A stretch of 64,000 bases of DNA from an uncultured Pseudomonadales bacterium. Its GTDB lineage: Bacteria; Patescibacteriota; Microgenomatia; UBA1400; PJMF01. Positions 17,560-27,900 of this stretch are shown here, one piece after another. Within the stretch, counting starts at the first letter, position 1; every line of letters begins with the position of its first letter. Location of the stretch: contig CAZKVV010000001.1 in the NCBI GenBank assembly GCA_964556485.1, forward strand, positions 84,551 to 148,550, given 5' to 3'. A model generated the notes under the pieces. It ran no database searches. It was not told the DNA's origin and saw only the letters and a list, made by a program, of their open reading frames with translations. The translations under genes and the position numbers were made by a program.

Positions 17560-18891
17560 ATGAATGGCGATTACAATCAAAGATTTCCATATCGAGATGA
17601 ATCTCAAGGAGGTAAAGTGGAAGTCAGCTCGCCATCTGAGCTCAAAACGCTCTTACATCGGTACTTTGATTTGGATGAATTGAGAGGGCTGTGTTTTGAT
17701 TTTGGAATTGCTTTGACTGAACCACAATATCGCGCTTTAAATGCATTGAATCGAAGCGATCTTGCAGATTATATGGTTAGAGCACTAGAACAATCTGGAA
17801 ATCTGCAACGTTTGCAGGATGCCATTGTAACCCTGCGACCTTTTTTATCTGATGTACAAAAGACAAGTGAGTTGCCATATGCACTTGTTGATAAAAAGTT
17901 ATTACTTCTTAAAAGCGTACTTAATGATAAATTTAATAAAAGCGAGCTTCAGAACCTTTGTTTTGATTTGAACATAGGTTATGAGTCTCTATCAGGTGAA
18001 AGTACATTTGCAAAAATACAGCATCTTATAATCATATGTAACACTACTAATCGCATTGATGAGTTAGTTGACGCAATAGTAGCAGAACGCTCAGAAACTG
18101 GTTTGAAAGAAATCGAAGCACCAGCTCAACCTCAAACCGAAAAGTCTGTTGAAGTTTTAAAACTTCCAAACAGTGTTCTTATCCGTGACTTTTTGATGCA
18201 ATTTTCACTAAAAGAGCTGACAATACTGATGTATTTTTCTGATCTGCCAGTCGGCACGAAAAGTAAACCAAGTATGTGTCTAGAAATTGCTCAATATCTT
18301 CCTAGACATGGTATAGATGAGTATGCGAAATTTTTGCAGGCTTTACACACGTACAAACCAGAGCAGGACTTGGTTGCAGCACAATTACTAACATCGTACG
18401 ATTTACTACCAACTGCTGAAAATAAGAAAATTGCAATTTTCAACACTTTAGTGCAGAAGATTACTACCAAGGTGGCGCTTGACGACGTATGTTTAGATAT
18501 ATTTAAAGTAAAACTTGCTGCAGATCTGTATAGTTACGACAGAAAGTCACCAAATATAGATCTTGGTATAGTACAACTTATGGAATATGTTGTAAGGCAA
18601 GCATATTGCTCTGACATAAATGAATTACCAGCTATTGCTGATGCAGCACTCAATCGGCCTCAAGCTGCAAAAGAATTAAATCAGTTAACAACGCGTCGCG
18701 ATTTTGTTAGTTATGTTAGAGTGCACGCAGTATCGAGCGAAGATTTTAAGAATGTTTGTCTTGCTTTTGATTTAGATCATGAAGATTTAGAAGGTGCAGA
18801 TCCTTATGAAAAAGCACTGTATTTAGTTCAAAAATTGTACTCTCATGGAATGATCTCAACATTTACTCAAAAGATGTCTCAGCTAGTCTAG
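17560..18891 (+). CDS. protein composed of five tandem effector-associated (EAD1-like, Death-like) helical repeats
   Basis: Five repeats of ~80-90 aa, each with the pattern [L/I]xx[L/F]L...F...EL..LCFDL.I.YE.L.G...........L......L.EL...[IL]...RP. Repeat 1 is SELKTLLHRYFDLDELRGLCFDFGIALTE...NLQRLQDAIVTLRP. Repeat 2 is KKLLLLKSVLNDKFNKSELQNLCFDLNIGYESL...RIDELVDAIVAER. Repeats 3-5 are more degenerate (FSLKELTILMYFSDLPVG; VALDDVCLDIFKVKLAADL; SSEDFKNVCLAFDLDHEDLEG). No other domain. Confidence 0.6.
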   Translation: MNGDYNQRFPYRDESQGGKVEVSSPSELKTLLHRYFDLDELRGLCFDFGIALTEPQYRALNALNRSDLADYMVRALEQSGNLQRLQDAIVTLRPFLSDVQKTSELPYALVDKKLLLLKSVLNDKFNKSELQNLCFDLNIGYESLSGESTFAKIQHLIIICNTTNRIDELVDAIVAERSETGLKEIEAPAQPQTEKSVEVLKLPNSVLIRDFLMQFSLKELTILMYFSDLPVGTKSKPSMCLEIAQYLPRHGIDEYAKFLQALHTYKPEQDLVAAQLLTSYDLLPTAENKKIAIFNTLVQKITTKVALDDVCLDIFKVKLAADLYSYDRKSPNIDLGIVQLMEYVVRQAYCSDINELPAIADAALNRPQAAKELNQLTTRRDFVSYVRVHAVSSEDFKNVCLAFDLDHEDLEGADPYEKALYLVQKLYSHGMISTFTQKMSQLV

Positions 18892-20767
18892 CCGCATGCA
18901 AAGCTAACACCTCCCGAGGATCTTCAAGCAGTAATAATGCTAAACAAAACTCCATATGTCGTCTGGTAGTGAAGTCTTCTGATTTTTCATGAGTACTATG
19001 AAAATATGTTTCTGTTGCTGCAAAATATTTTTTTGCTTGCTGAAGAGCTTCTTCTTCAGTTGTGACAGCACCCTCATCCTGATCTAATAGGACACATTTT
19101 GCAATCACACCAATCCATTCACCACCTTTTTTGTTAAGGCTTTTTAATAGCTCTTTATTTGAGAGCAATGGTTTAGCAACTTTTGTTGCAATGTCATATT
19201 CAGCAGTTTTTTGACTAAACCAACGTTTCATTTTCACTAAATCTTGCAAATCATCTTCTTCAAGTGGTGTATTTTCATTACCATTTCTTCCTCGATAATC
19301 TGCTTCGGTTACCAACATTAAAAAATTAAGTGGCAAACCTGCTTCGGTTGCGAGTTTCCGCGCCATTTTTCGCAGTGTGGTGGCACTATCAAATGATGTG
19401 GCCGTGCTACTTGGTTCTCTTGGAAATTCTTGTTTAAACACACCTCCTAACTGCATGTGTTTTGGCACCAGAGCTTCAACTTGCATTTTGGTAGCATTAT
19501 CAATTTTTAATCGATTCAGGAAACGTCTAGTTGGTTCAAGTCCTGCTGCTTCATGTCCAAATGCGCGGTAGTAGCCATCTTTCAATTCAGTAGTGGCGGG
19601 TTTTCCTAGATCGTGACAGAGCATCGTCAACATGAGCACTAGTCGGCGGTCATCAGATAGATTTTCACGCTCGGCAATGAGTGCGGCAGCATCGAGGGTT
19701 TGTAGCGTATGCACCCAGGCATCACCTTCGGGATGAAAGAGTTGATGCTGAGGCGTGCCAATCAAGGCAAAAAATTCAAGCCAGTATTTTTCAATAAAAC
19801 CAATTTCTCTTGCAAATTCTAGACCAACAGATGGTCTGTTACTTTTAAGCAGCATCTTGAGCAACTCATCTCTGACACGTTCAGCTGCAAGTGTATCCAA
19901 TAAACCATCTGCAACCATTTTGGTACAAAGAGCAACGGTCTCTGGAGTAGGCTGCATCTCAAATCGAGCAGTAAACTGCATAATGCGAAGAACTCTGAGT
20001 GGGTCTTCAATAAATGTTTCATTGTCTGTTATGCTTATTTGCTTGCTTTGAAGATCAAGTTTTCCTAAAAATGGGTCATAGAGACTCTTGAGCAGCGGAT
20101 CATAGGAAAGGGCATTCATTTTCAGATCACGACGGCGGCTTGCTACTTTATAATTCATTGAAGGATTAGTAACAGTTTTGAAATCTTTGTGACCAGGCCC
20201 AGTTGAAACATCTGTACGGGTCACTGATACATCAAGTGGTTCAGCAAACCCATCAATGTAGACTTTTATAACACCGAACGACTTACTCACACTATCGATT
20301 TTGCTCTTCGGAAAGGTTTTTGTAAGCACTGCCTGCACTGTTGGCACATCAAGACCATACACTTCAATGTCAAAATCTTTGGGTTTTGGTGTTGTGCCGG
20401 TGAAGTCAGAAAGTACGACGTCGCGAATTATGCCGCCAACGAGCAAAGCACGACCACCAACAGTTTGCACGTTCTTACACAGGTGTAGTACCTCGTCAGG
20501 GATTGTAAATCCAAGTTCTCGTTCTTCTACGTTTGTTTGGGCATCAATGTTTGGAGTAAGGTAGCTCGCGTTGACCCCAGTCAGTTCACTAATAACGAAA
20601 AGAGTAGGGAGTGCAAGGGACGGATCAACGGTGATTAGTTTTTCTTCTTCAGGCAGCGTTACCCCAAAATGCTCCTGCATTATTTTGGAGGTTTCTTGCC
20701 AGCTTTGAATGGTTTCATTTTTCATGTTTAAGCCCATAAGTATACAGGGAGAAGGTGCTTTTGTCAA
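18863..20767 (-). CDS. cca: CCA-adding tRNA nucleotidyltransferase (class II, HD domain) with a ~190-aa C-terminal extension
   Basis: LVGGIIRDVVL (GGxxRD), DFDIEV, RRDLKMNAL (RRD.T.NA) and the HD motif CHDLGK. The 3' end overlaps the convergent EAD gene by 29 nt. Met11 or Met15 may be the true start. Confidence 0.8.
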   Translation of the reverse strand: MTKAPSPCILMGLNMKNETIQSWQETSKIMQEHFGVTLPEEEKLITVDPSLALPTLFVISELTGVNASYLTPNIDAQTNVEERELGFTIPDEVLHLCKNVQTVGGRALLVGGIIRDVVLSDFTGTTPKPKDFDIEVYGLDVPTVQAVLTKTFPKSKIDSVSKSFGVIKVYIDGFAEPLDVSVTRTDVSTGPGHKDFKTVTNPSMNYKVASRRRDLKMNALSYDPLLKSLYDPFLGKLDLQSKQISITDNETFIEDPLRVLRIMQFTARFEMQPTPETVALCTKMVADGLLDTLAAERVRDELLKMLLKSNRPSVGLEFAREIGFIEKYWLEFFALIGTPQHQLFHPEGDAWVHTLQTLDAAALIAERENLSDDRRLVLMLTMLCHDLGKPATTELKDGYYRAFGHEAAGLEPTRRFLNRLKIDNATKMQVEALVPKHMQLGGVFKQEFPREPSSTATSFDSATTLRKMARKLATEAGLPLNFLMLVTEADYRGRNGNENTPLEEDDLQDLVKMKRWFSQKTAEYDIATKVAKPLLSNKELLKSLNKKGGEWIGVIAKCVLLDQDEGAVTTEEEALQQAKKYFAATETYFHSTHEKSEDFTTRRHMEFCLALLLLEDPREVLALHAARLAETSFE

Positions 20768-20779
20768 ATAGTTATAGGC

Positions 20780-20808
20780 TTGACAAAATGAGCATTTTAG
20801 CCTATAAT
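20780..20808 (+). promoter_or_regulatory. consensus sigma70-type promoter (TTGACA-17 nt-TATAAT) for the 21044 gene
   Basis: Exact TTGACA at 20780-20785, a 17-nt spacer, and exact TATAAT at 20803-20808. Predicted TSS near 20815, about 228 nt upstream of ATG 21044. Confidence 0.55.
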
Positions 20809-21043
20809 ATATACGTTGACAGTTTTGCGCCTCGATGCATTTTTGTGTCGAGATCGCGAGACGACAACTATTCTTTAACAGTTGTTTTATATGCTAGAAA
20901 AATGACTTGTGGGAGTGATTTTGGGTTTTTATCTAAAACTTGGAATCATTCCCGCAAGCAGATGTGGGAGTGTCGTCTCCTTAGAGGGGTTTTAAGACGA
21001 AAATTTATTTTTTTCAAGAGGCCAAGCCTCAAAGGAGAAACGC

Positions 21044-22003
21044 ATGAACACTTTAAATCGTTTGGCGCAAGTAAATCAAATTATTTCTGTGGGTAGTGGG
21101 GATGGCGTAGCCACCACTGCAGGTTTTAATGCTTGGATGGGACGCGCTGTCCCAGTTGTTTTCACCCAGGCCTTTGATGTCGACAAGATCGACATCTCTG
21201 GTTGGGAAAAAAATCGCCAGGTGTTATTTATTGACCTGGCAGTCAATAACCAGAATCAAAATATGACGGCTGAATTTGTTCAAAAAATTCAGGCTGCCGG
21301 TCACACTATTGTGGCCATTATCGATGAACACGATGCCCAAGCCTGGCAACAGGTATTGGGCGAGACATGGGACACACTGGCTGTACAGCCAGTGACCCAA
21401 AAAACGGGGCCTATTAAATCTTCCGGTGCTTTGTTGAAATCTGTGCTTGGCACAGAGATGACTGAGCACGTCGCCGAACTGTTTGATGCAGCAGATGCAG
21501 CCGACCGGTTTGATTTTTCAACCCGGTTTGGTCAAATGATTAACCAGGCCGTGAAGTCCAAAATTACGGACAACAAGCGCAGGGTACATTTGGCCGAGTG
21601 GCTTGCTTTTAACAGCGAGCCTGACCAGATGATTCTGGGTTGGATCCAGGAGTATGAAAAAATCCTGGAGAACCATGCTGCTATCATCAAAGAAGCCACA
21701 TGGGTTGTGCAAGGAACAATCATTCGCGTCAACACGACAGACGTCGTGTTTGACATGTCTGGATTGACTGCGGAGCTGTACCGTATGGCTCCGATTGTAA
21801 TTATGGAAGCGAAAGCATTCCACAAACCCGCAGGAGGTCAAATGCCCATGGTGGCAGTTATGACCAACAGAAAGGATTTGGATTTGCTGGCTGCATTAAC
21901 CGATGTTGAAGGCGTTGAACTGTTGGGTGGCTTTGCCTCTAAGGCGAATGTTACTCCGGCAAGTGAAGCTGCTGCAACTGAAGTCGTTAAAAAATTAATC
22001 TAG
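21044..22003 (+). CDS. hypothetical protein (319 aa)
   Basis: Clean ORF with AAAGGAG RBS. No family recognised. Codon usage looks slightly more GC-rich than neighbouring genes. Confidence 0.55.
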   Translation: MNTLNRLAQVNQIISVGSGDGVATTAGFNAWMGRAVPVVFTQAFDVDKIDISGWEKNRQVLFIDLAVNNQNQNMTAEFVQKIQAAGHTIVAIIDEHDAQAWQQVLGETWDTLAVQPVTQKTGPIKSSGALLKSVLGTEMTEHVAELFDAADAADRFDFSTRFGQMINQAVKSKITDNKRRVHLAEWLAFNSEPDQMILGWIQEYEKILENHAAIIKEATWVVQGTIIRVNTTDVVFDMSGLTAELYRMAPIVIMEAKAFHKPAGGQMPMVAVMTNRKDLDLLAALTDVEGVELLGGFASKANVTPASEAAATEVVKKLI

Positions 22004-22103
22004 CAGAAACCAGATTCCGCCCCCCAAAGTACTCATCACATGCCTCCGCGCATGTCGAAGAGTCACTAAAGGACAAGGTGGCGTCTAGCTAGAACAACTT
22101 GTT

Positions 22104-22136
22104 AAAAAAACCCTGGTGAAATACCCAGGGTTTTTT
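22104..22136. terminator. bidirectional intrinsic terminator (A7-CCCTGG-loop-CCAGGG-T6)
   Basis: Hairpin flanked by an A-run upstream and a T-run downstream. Lies between the convergent genes 21044..22003 (+) and 22147..24894 (-). Confidence 0.65.
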
Positions 22137-22146
22137 GTATCTTGAG

Positions 22147-24894
22147 CTATATATTTTCTTCTAAAAACGGAGAGTCTAAATACCCACCAGTGTTTCCGTT
22201 GTAATTACTCCAGAACAATCGAGTTTTCTTGAAAGTGTTGACTTCAGCTTGCACAGCCTGCACTTCTTGCCATGTTTGTGGTTGTCGCTGCTGCATAAAG
22301 TAGTCATTAAGTGCTTGAGAAATATGATCTTGCACCTGTGTAGATAACCTGATGGGAAATCCGCCCTGGATAATTCTTAGTTTTGTATCTGGTTGTGTAA
22401 GCAGAATGTCGGTGACACAGTCCATAACCATTGGTACCAGAACGCTGACCACTTTCATATGCTCACCATCTTCAATATTAAATGCACCAGTGCTAATTGA
22501 GCCATCGATGGCATCAATTTTTTGAATTTCGTTAGTTGTAGTAGTGAATTCAGATAGTAAAACTTTTGCTGCGATAGGTCGAGTAATTTCGACAAGAAGC
22601 GAAATAGTTTGACCATGCTTGCCAGCCTCGATGTTTGCTACTAATTCTGCAGTATTTGGTTTTTGCACCTTACTGTTTGTCAGTCCGGAAATAGTCTCAG
22701 TACTTTCTGATTCTGGGATGAGCGCTAGCAATGGCTCAACTTCTGTTGCAAAGTGTTTGCGTAACAATTCTTTATAGCTCGCATCAAGCTGATTCCAATG
22801 TCCACTCATTTCACTGCCGTACTTTTGTGTGAGTTCAGAAATCAGGTGAGAGGCGAGAGTGGGGTTGGTTGGTTTGAGTTCAGCTGCATAAAAAATAAGT
22901 GAAGGCAGGAGCGAGTCGTAACTTTGTCCGGTGTGACTTTGGACGTATGCCTCAGAAGTTAGGATCTGCAGCAGTGTTTCGACAAGTGCTGTTTGTTGTT
23001 GTTGGTTTTTTGTGGCAATTGTTTCTGAAATTGCACGCCCAACCAGTTTGGTGTCGATGGTTCTTGCCAGTGATTTGAGTCGATATCTGTTGAATTTATA
23101 GTCTTCCATGAATGGTTTTATTTCTTCAGGAAGTCGTACATCTACCAGTCCGTAGGTAAGGTCATTTTTGTCCCAGATATGAGCTACAGCTGTTTTATTT
23201 TGAGAAATAACAGAGAGAATAGTGATTTTTTGTTCAAGCGGTAGTGAAGTGAGTGTTTTTTCATTGACCATTGCCAATACTGCCAGCAGCCGCTCAGCAT
23301 CATTGGTTTTACAGTATTCAGTAATCCATTTCTTGGCGTGTTCTGCCTTGCGTTCAATGACTGCCGGTGGTTCGGACAGGGCAGTTCGCTGTAGCAATAA
23401 TGTTCTATTTTCTTCGACAGATTCCGTAAAAAGTGGCTCATAAAAAAGCAAATCTTCTTCGGTAAGACCCACCGTCGTTAGCGTGCCTTCATTAGTGTTG
23501 GAGGTGGGCAGGGTAAAGATGCATTTGCGGGTTCCAAGTTCATACCTAGTGTTACTTGGCTCAACTTGCATAAGAGTGAACTGTTCCGTGCCCAACGCTG
23601 CAGCAATCTGCGATGCCTTTTTTTCAAAATGAGAATTTGAGTGTCTAGGATAGTCAAAAAAATGTTGCAAACTTTGCCACAAAGCATCGGCAGGGATGTC
23701 ACTGCCAGCTGTTTGGGGAGATGCGACTAGGGCATCATGAGAACCAAACGAACTTTGTTTGCTGTAGTGGTAGCCTTTGCCAAATTGCGCCTCCGCAAGC
23801 GCAAATCGATCTGCAAGCAGCGCTAAAAGTGGCGAATCGTTGGTACCTGGATTAGTATTTTGTTGAAAGATTTTGAACTGAGCACCGATGGTTTCTTGGG
23901 TATTTTGAGGATTTTTTTGGTCGTCTATGAGCAGCAAAATATCGGATTTGCCTTTACTATTTGCCAGTGCCCGTGCGCCTTTTTCTTGGTTTAATCCACG
24001 AATATCAAAGTAGGTGAGTGTTATGCCAGCCATTGTCGTAACTTGACGATATGTTTCTGGATTGGTGAGTCTCTCAACGAGTGGAGCTCGTGATTCTTTT
24101 TCTTTTTGTGCGCCAGCTATCAGTACTTCACTGTATGTAGCTTTTATTTCCTCGGTTGTGGCTCCGTGCACAATTTTTTCTAGAGCTGTAACTGCTTCAA
24201 TGAGAAGCTGCGCCTGATTTTGTGGGGTATTTTCCTTGAATTTTTCTTTGAGTCCATAAAAAAGTGGCACAATCAAATCAAGGTCAATGACATCGCTTTT
24301 CAGTTTACGAATAGAACCTCTTTTGTTAGTGTCGAACCCTTCCTGCGCTTGGAGCCAATAATCTAAATCTTTTAATTGAAGAGTGTCGGGGAGATTTTTT
24401 TGAAAGTGAGTAGAGCCATAACGAGCCTTGAGTTCCGTTGCTGCAGGCTCACCGTTACTGCCATTAGCGAAGTTTCCCAGTGTTTTTTTTTGACTTACTT
24501 TTGCGTCATTTTCGTCAGGTGAATGTCCAAAGCCTTCAATAACTAATGTGGAAGGGTTTGAAAAGTAGGAGCTGCTGTCTTCATTTTCTTCATGAATGTT
24601 GGGTGTAAAGAGCACGTGTGCATTTGCAGAAATAAGTCCTCCTTTTAGTGCAAAGTAGTAGGCAAATAGTTGATCGATGTCAAAATCTTGAAAACTGTGG
24701 CCCATGACTACTTGAGTGAATACCTGCTTTTTTTCTCGGGATGCAGCTTCACCAATAAAAACAGTAGTGAGGATATCTGGTAGTAGAGTTGCTAACTGTT
24801 TAGCTTCCGCTTGTTCCAATTCAGCAATTTCTGCTAAATTTTGAGCAACAGTTTTGAAATGTTTTTGAGTATCTTGTATTTCAGTCTCCGACAT
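22147..24894 (-). CDS. large hypothetical protein (915 aa)
   Basis: Uninterrupted 2.7-kb ORF. No family recognised. Divergently oriented to the 1890-aa helicase gene with a 61-nt intergenic region. Confidence 0.6.
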   Translation of the reverse strand: MSETEIQDTQKHFKTVAQNLAEIAELEQAEAKQLATLLPDILTTVFIGEAASREKKQVFTQVVMGHSFQDFDIDQLFAYYFALKGGLISANAHVLFTPNIHEENEDSSSYFSNPSTLVIEGFGHSPDENDAKVSQKKTLGNFANGSNGEPAATELKARYGSTHFQKNLPDTLQLKDLDYWLQAQEGFDTNKRGSIRKLKSDVIDLDLIVPLFYGLKEKFKENTPQNQAQLLIEAVTALEKIVHGATTEEIKATYSEVLIAGAQKEKESRAPLVERLTNPETYRQVTTMAGITLTYFDIRGLNQEKGARALANSKGKSDILLLIDDQKNPQNTQETIGAQFKIFQQNTNPGTNDSPLLALLADRFALAEAQFGKGYHYSKQSSFGSHDALVASPQTAGSDIPADALWQSLQHFFDYPRHSNSHFEKKASQIAAALGTEQFTLMQVEPSNTRYELGTRKCIFTLPTSNTNEGTLTTVGLTEEDLLFYEPLFTESVEENRTLLLQRTALSEPPAVIERKAEHAKKWITEYCKTNDAERLLAVLAMVNEKTLTSLPLEQKITILSVISQNKTAVAHIWDKNDLTYGLVDVRLPEEIKPFMEDYKFNRYRLKSLARTIDTKLVGRAISETIATKNQQQQTALVETLLQILTSEAYVQSHTGQSYDSLLPSLIFYAAELKPTNPTLASHLISELTQKYGSEMSGHWNQLDASYKELLRKHFATEVEPLLALIPESESTETISGLTNSKVQKPNTAELVANIEAGKHGQTISLLVEITRPIAAKVLLSEFTTTTNEIQKIDAIDGSISTGAFNIEDGEHMKVVSVLVPMVMDCVTDILLTQPDTKLRIIQGGFPIRLSTQVQDHISQALNDYFMQQRQPQTWQEVQAVQAEVNTFKKTRLFWSNYNGNTGGYLDSPFLEENI

Positions 24895-24955
24895 AAGGGT
24901 TTTTTGTGCTTAAATTAATACTACCTGTATATTGGGTGTAAGTGAAGCTTAAAGC

Positions 24956-27900
24956 ATGCAACAAGAAGAAAGAGAAACAACTAAAAAACCTGAAAGCAAA
25001 CATGGTGGTCGGGAGCCCTATATCTGGAAAGACGGCGTTGCGCGTGTAGAGCGACCGATGGACATGTATTTGAAAGAAGTTTTAGACAAGCTATCTCAAA
25101 AACAGGTTGTTGTAGTTCAGGCCGAGACTGGAGTGGGCAAGACTTCCAGAATTCCTCAGGCAATCATGGATAGTCAGCCTAATACAAAAATCTACATGAC
25201 TCAGCCAAGACGGTATGCCGTACGGATGAACGCTGGATATATTGCCAGAGAGAAAAAACAACGCTTGGGACAGGATGTTGATTTTACCTTACGCGGTGTT
25301 CCTGGCGAGAATAGCCAAGATAAAAAAGCAAGTCGAGATGCAAAACTTGAGGTCATGATCGACGAAACATTGGTCAATAGAATCTTACGAGAAAAAAAGC
25401 TTCCCGATGGAGTGATTATTGTTGATGAAGCGCACGAGCGGTCGATAAATATTGATCTATTGTTGCTGCTTATTCGTACCTACTTGCCAAACTCTCCGAA
25501 TACAAAAATTCTGATTACCTCAGCAACTATTGATACCCAAAAGTTTAAAGGCTACTTTAAGTATTCTCCAGAAGAGTTGACGGCATATTCTGGCAAAGAG
25601 TCCGAACTCGATTTTGCTGCTGAACCAGTGATTGCCCTCAATGAGAAATTGTTCCGAGTCGAGACAGAAATGATCCACCTAAATTCTGGAGAGCACCATA
25701 CGACAAAGGCAATCGAAACGGCTGTGGAAGTCTTTAAGCAGTTTGTTGTTGGTAAAACAGAAGCTGGGTTAAAAGATCGTGTGCTAGCAGAAGAAGAAAG
25801 AATTTATAGAGAAAAGGGATTTATTAGCTTTTCCGTCCTACCAGTACCTCAACCATTAACCATTCCACCAGAACAAGAAGGTGATGCTCGCATTCCGGTC
25901 GCAGATGGAACTGTTTTGGTTTTCTTACCTGGTAAAGAAGAGATCGCAGAAGGTGTGAGGGTGTTAAAAGAGTATGCAAGAAAAATTGGGTGCTCTGAGT
26001 ATGTCGAGTGTCTCTCGATGTATAGAGGGGTAGATGATGCTGAGAGAAACGCAATTGAGGCCCCAATTGTTCCTGGCAAGTTGCGAGTTATTTTTACTAC
26101 TGAAATTCTTAAATCGTCAGTAACACCAACAAAAACAGTGGTGGTCATCGACTCATTTCAGGTTAAGCGCGATGTTGAAAATGAGCATGGTGTGTCAGTA
26201 CTTAGAAAAGTGTCACAGTCTGGTGCGGAGTCAGAGCAAGCAAAAGGTAGAGGCGGTAGAACAAATACAACGGTCTATAAACCAGTTGTTGGCGGAATTG
26301 ATGAAGTTTTATCAATGCAGGAAGAGTCAGGAGATTATTGGCCACAGCCTGCAATTTTGAGAGAAGGCATAATTTCGGTAACGCTAAAGATGGCTGCTGC
26401 TGGGTTGGATATAAAAACTGCCAAATTGCTTGACAGACCTAATCAGAAAAATGTTGATCGAGCAGTAATTCGTTTGCAACAAATCAATGCACTTGATGAT
26501 GAAGGCAGAATCACGTCGTTTGGCAGAGAGTTGCTGAGATTTTCGATTGCACCAGAGCAAGCCAAAGCGTTATTTGAGGGAGAAAAGCAAGGGGTATTAC
26601 CTGAAAGTATGATTGCGCTAGCTGTAGCCTCAGAGGAAGGCATATTCTCACTTCCTCCAAGAGGAATGAGAGAACTTATTTGTTCGGAGGTTGATCTGCA
26701 ATCTGGGTTAGAGAGATATCTGGCAACAAAGTGGTTGAGGGAGATTCACTATAGTTTTTCTGGAATTGCTCAAGACAGCGGAGAGTTGCAAGAAAAATTC
26801 CAAGCTATTCAGCGAGAAAAGTGGGGAGAAGTTCGACTTGCGTTTAAAGATTCTTATCTGAACTCAGCGCGTTATCCCGTTTATATTAATACTTTGGAAG
26901 CCAAGAATCTTTGGCAACATGTGGAGCAGACGCGCATCTATGATGGTAGGCAAATGATTGATGGATTGTTACTTGATTATGTAAGAGAACTGGTTTTTGA
27001 CAAGCTGAGTTCAAGTTCGATTACCATTCCAACTACTCAAGAATCATTGCACGCTGACCTGATGAAAATCAAAGCTACTATAAATGTCAAACTTACCCAG
27101 TTTGGTGGTGCACCACTGGAAATGCGTTTTAATCCAACTGTCTTGAGCGAGCTAACGTTTCCTTTAGGGTACGGCATTGTTCGTTCGGAGGTGATAAAAC
27201 AAGCTCTGCAATTTAGGGTAGAAAATGAAGATGATATCTTACTTGACGTATTTAATATTCGCTATGATCAAGGATTCTTTAGAGTAAAATCATCTGAGAA
27301 CGATTCATCCATTCCAAATGATTTTTTTAGCACAATTTTGTGTCCCGATTGTAAAGTCAGGAACCGTGATAGCGATCTCGATGAGCATGATTATCGAAAA
27401 CAAATATATGAAAAGAGATGGTTGCAATTTGCACTTGATCAAGATGGTCAGCAAACAAACTCCGATTTTGTTGCATCTGTAAATGCATTTCGAGCCTACA
27501 AACAGGCAAAAAGACAGATGTCCGACAATCAACTTTGGCTTTGGTGCCAGGCAAATGGGCTCAACCTCAAAAAAATGCAGCAAGTTGATACTAGATTAAG
27601 TTATTTGATTGACGAGGTTGAAAAAAGTAGGTTATCACTTTCCGAAAATGTTTCCAGTCGACGTGCATTTTCTTCAGATGCACTTACTAAAGCGATGTTA
27701 GCTGGATTGGCTGCCAATGTTTGTTTTGGTCAATCAGGTCCGGTGGCTCCATTAATCAGTGCATCTAAAGAATCAGCGCTCAATGGTAAGGCTCCTTACT
27801 ATATATTTGGTGGCATCAGAAAATCAGAAATTAAGCCCAGAAAGTTAGAGCATCATCTTCATTTTGCCAGCCTTTGTGCGCCAATAAAGCTGGAGTGGTT

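Noticed and set aside
20755-21096. 113-aa ORF overlapping the promoter and leader of the 21044 gene
   Set aside because: It spans a consensus promoter and hairpin-rich leader, has no RBS and low-complexity translation. The in-frame continuation into the 21044 gene is coincidental.
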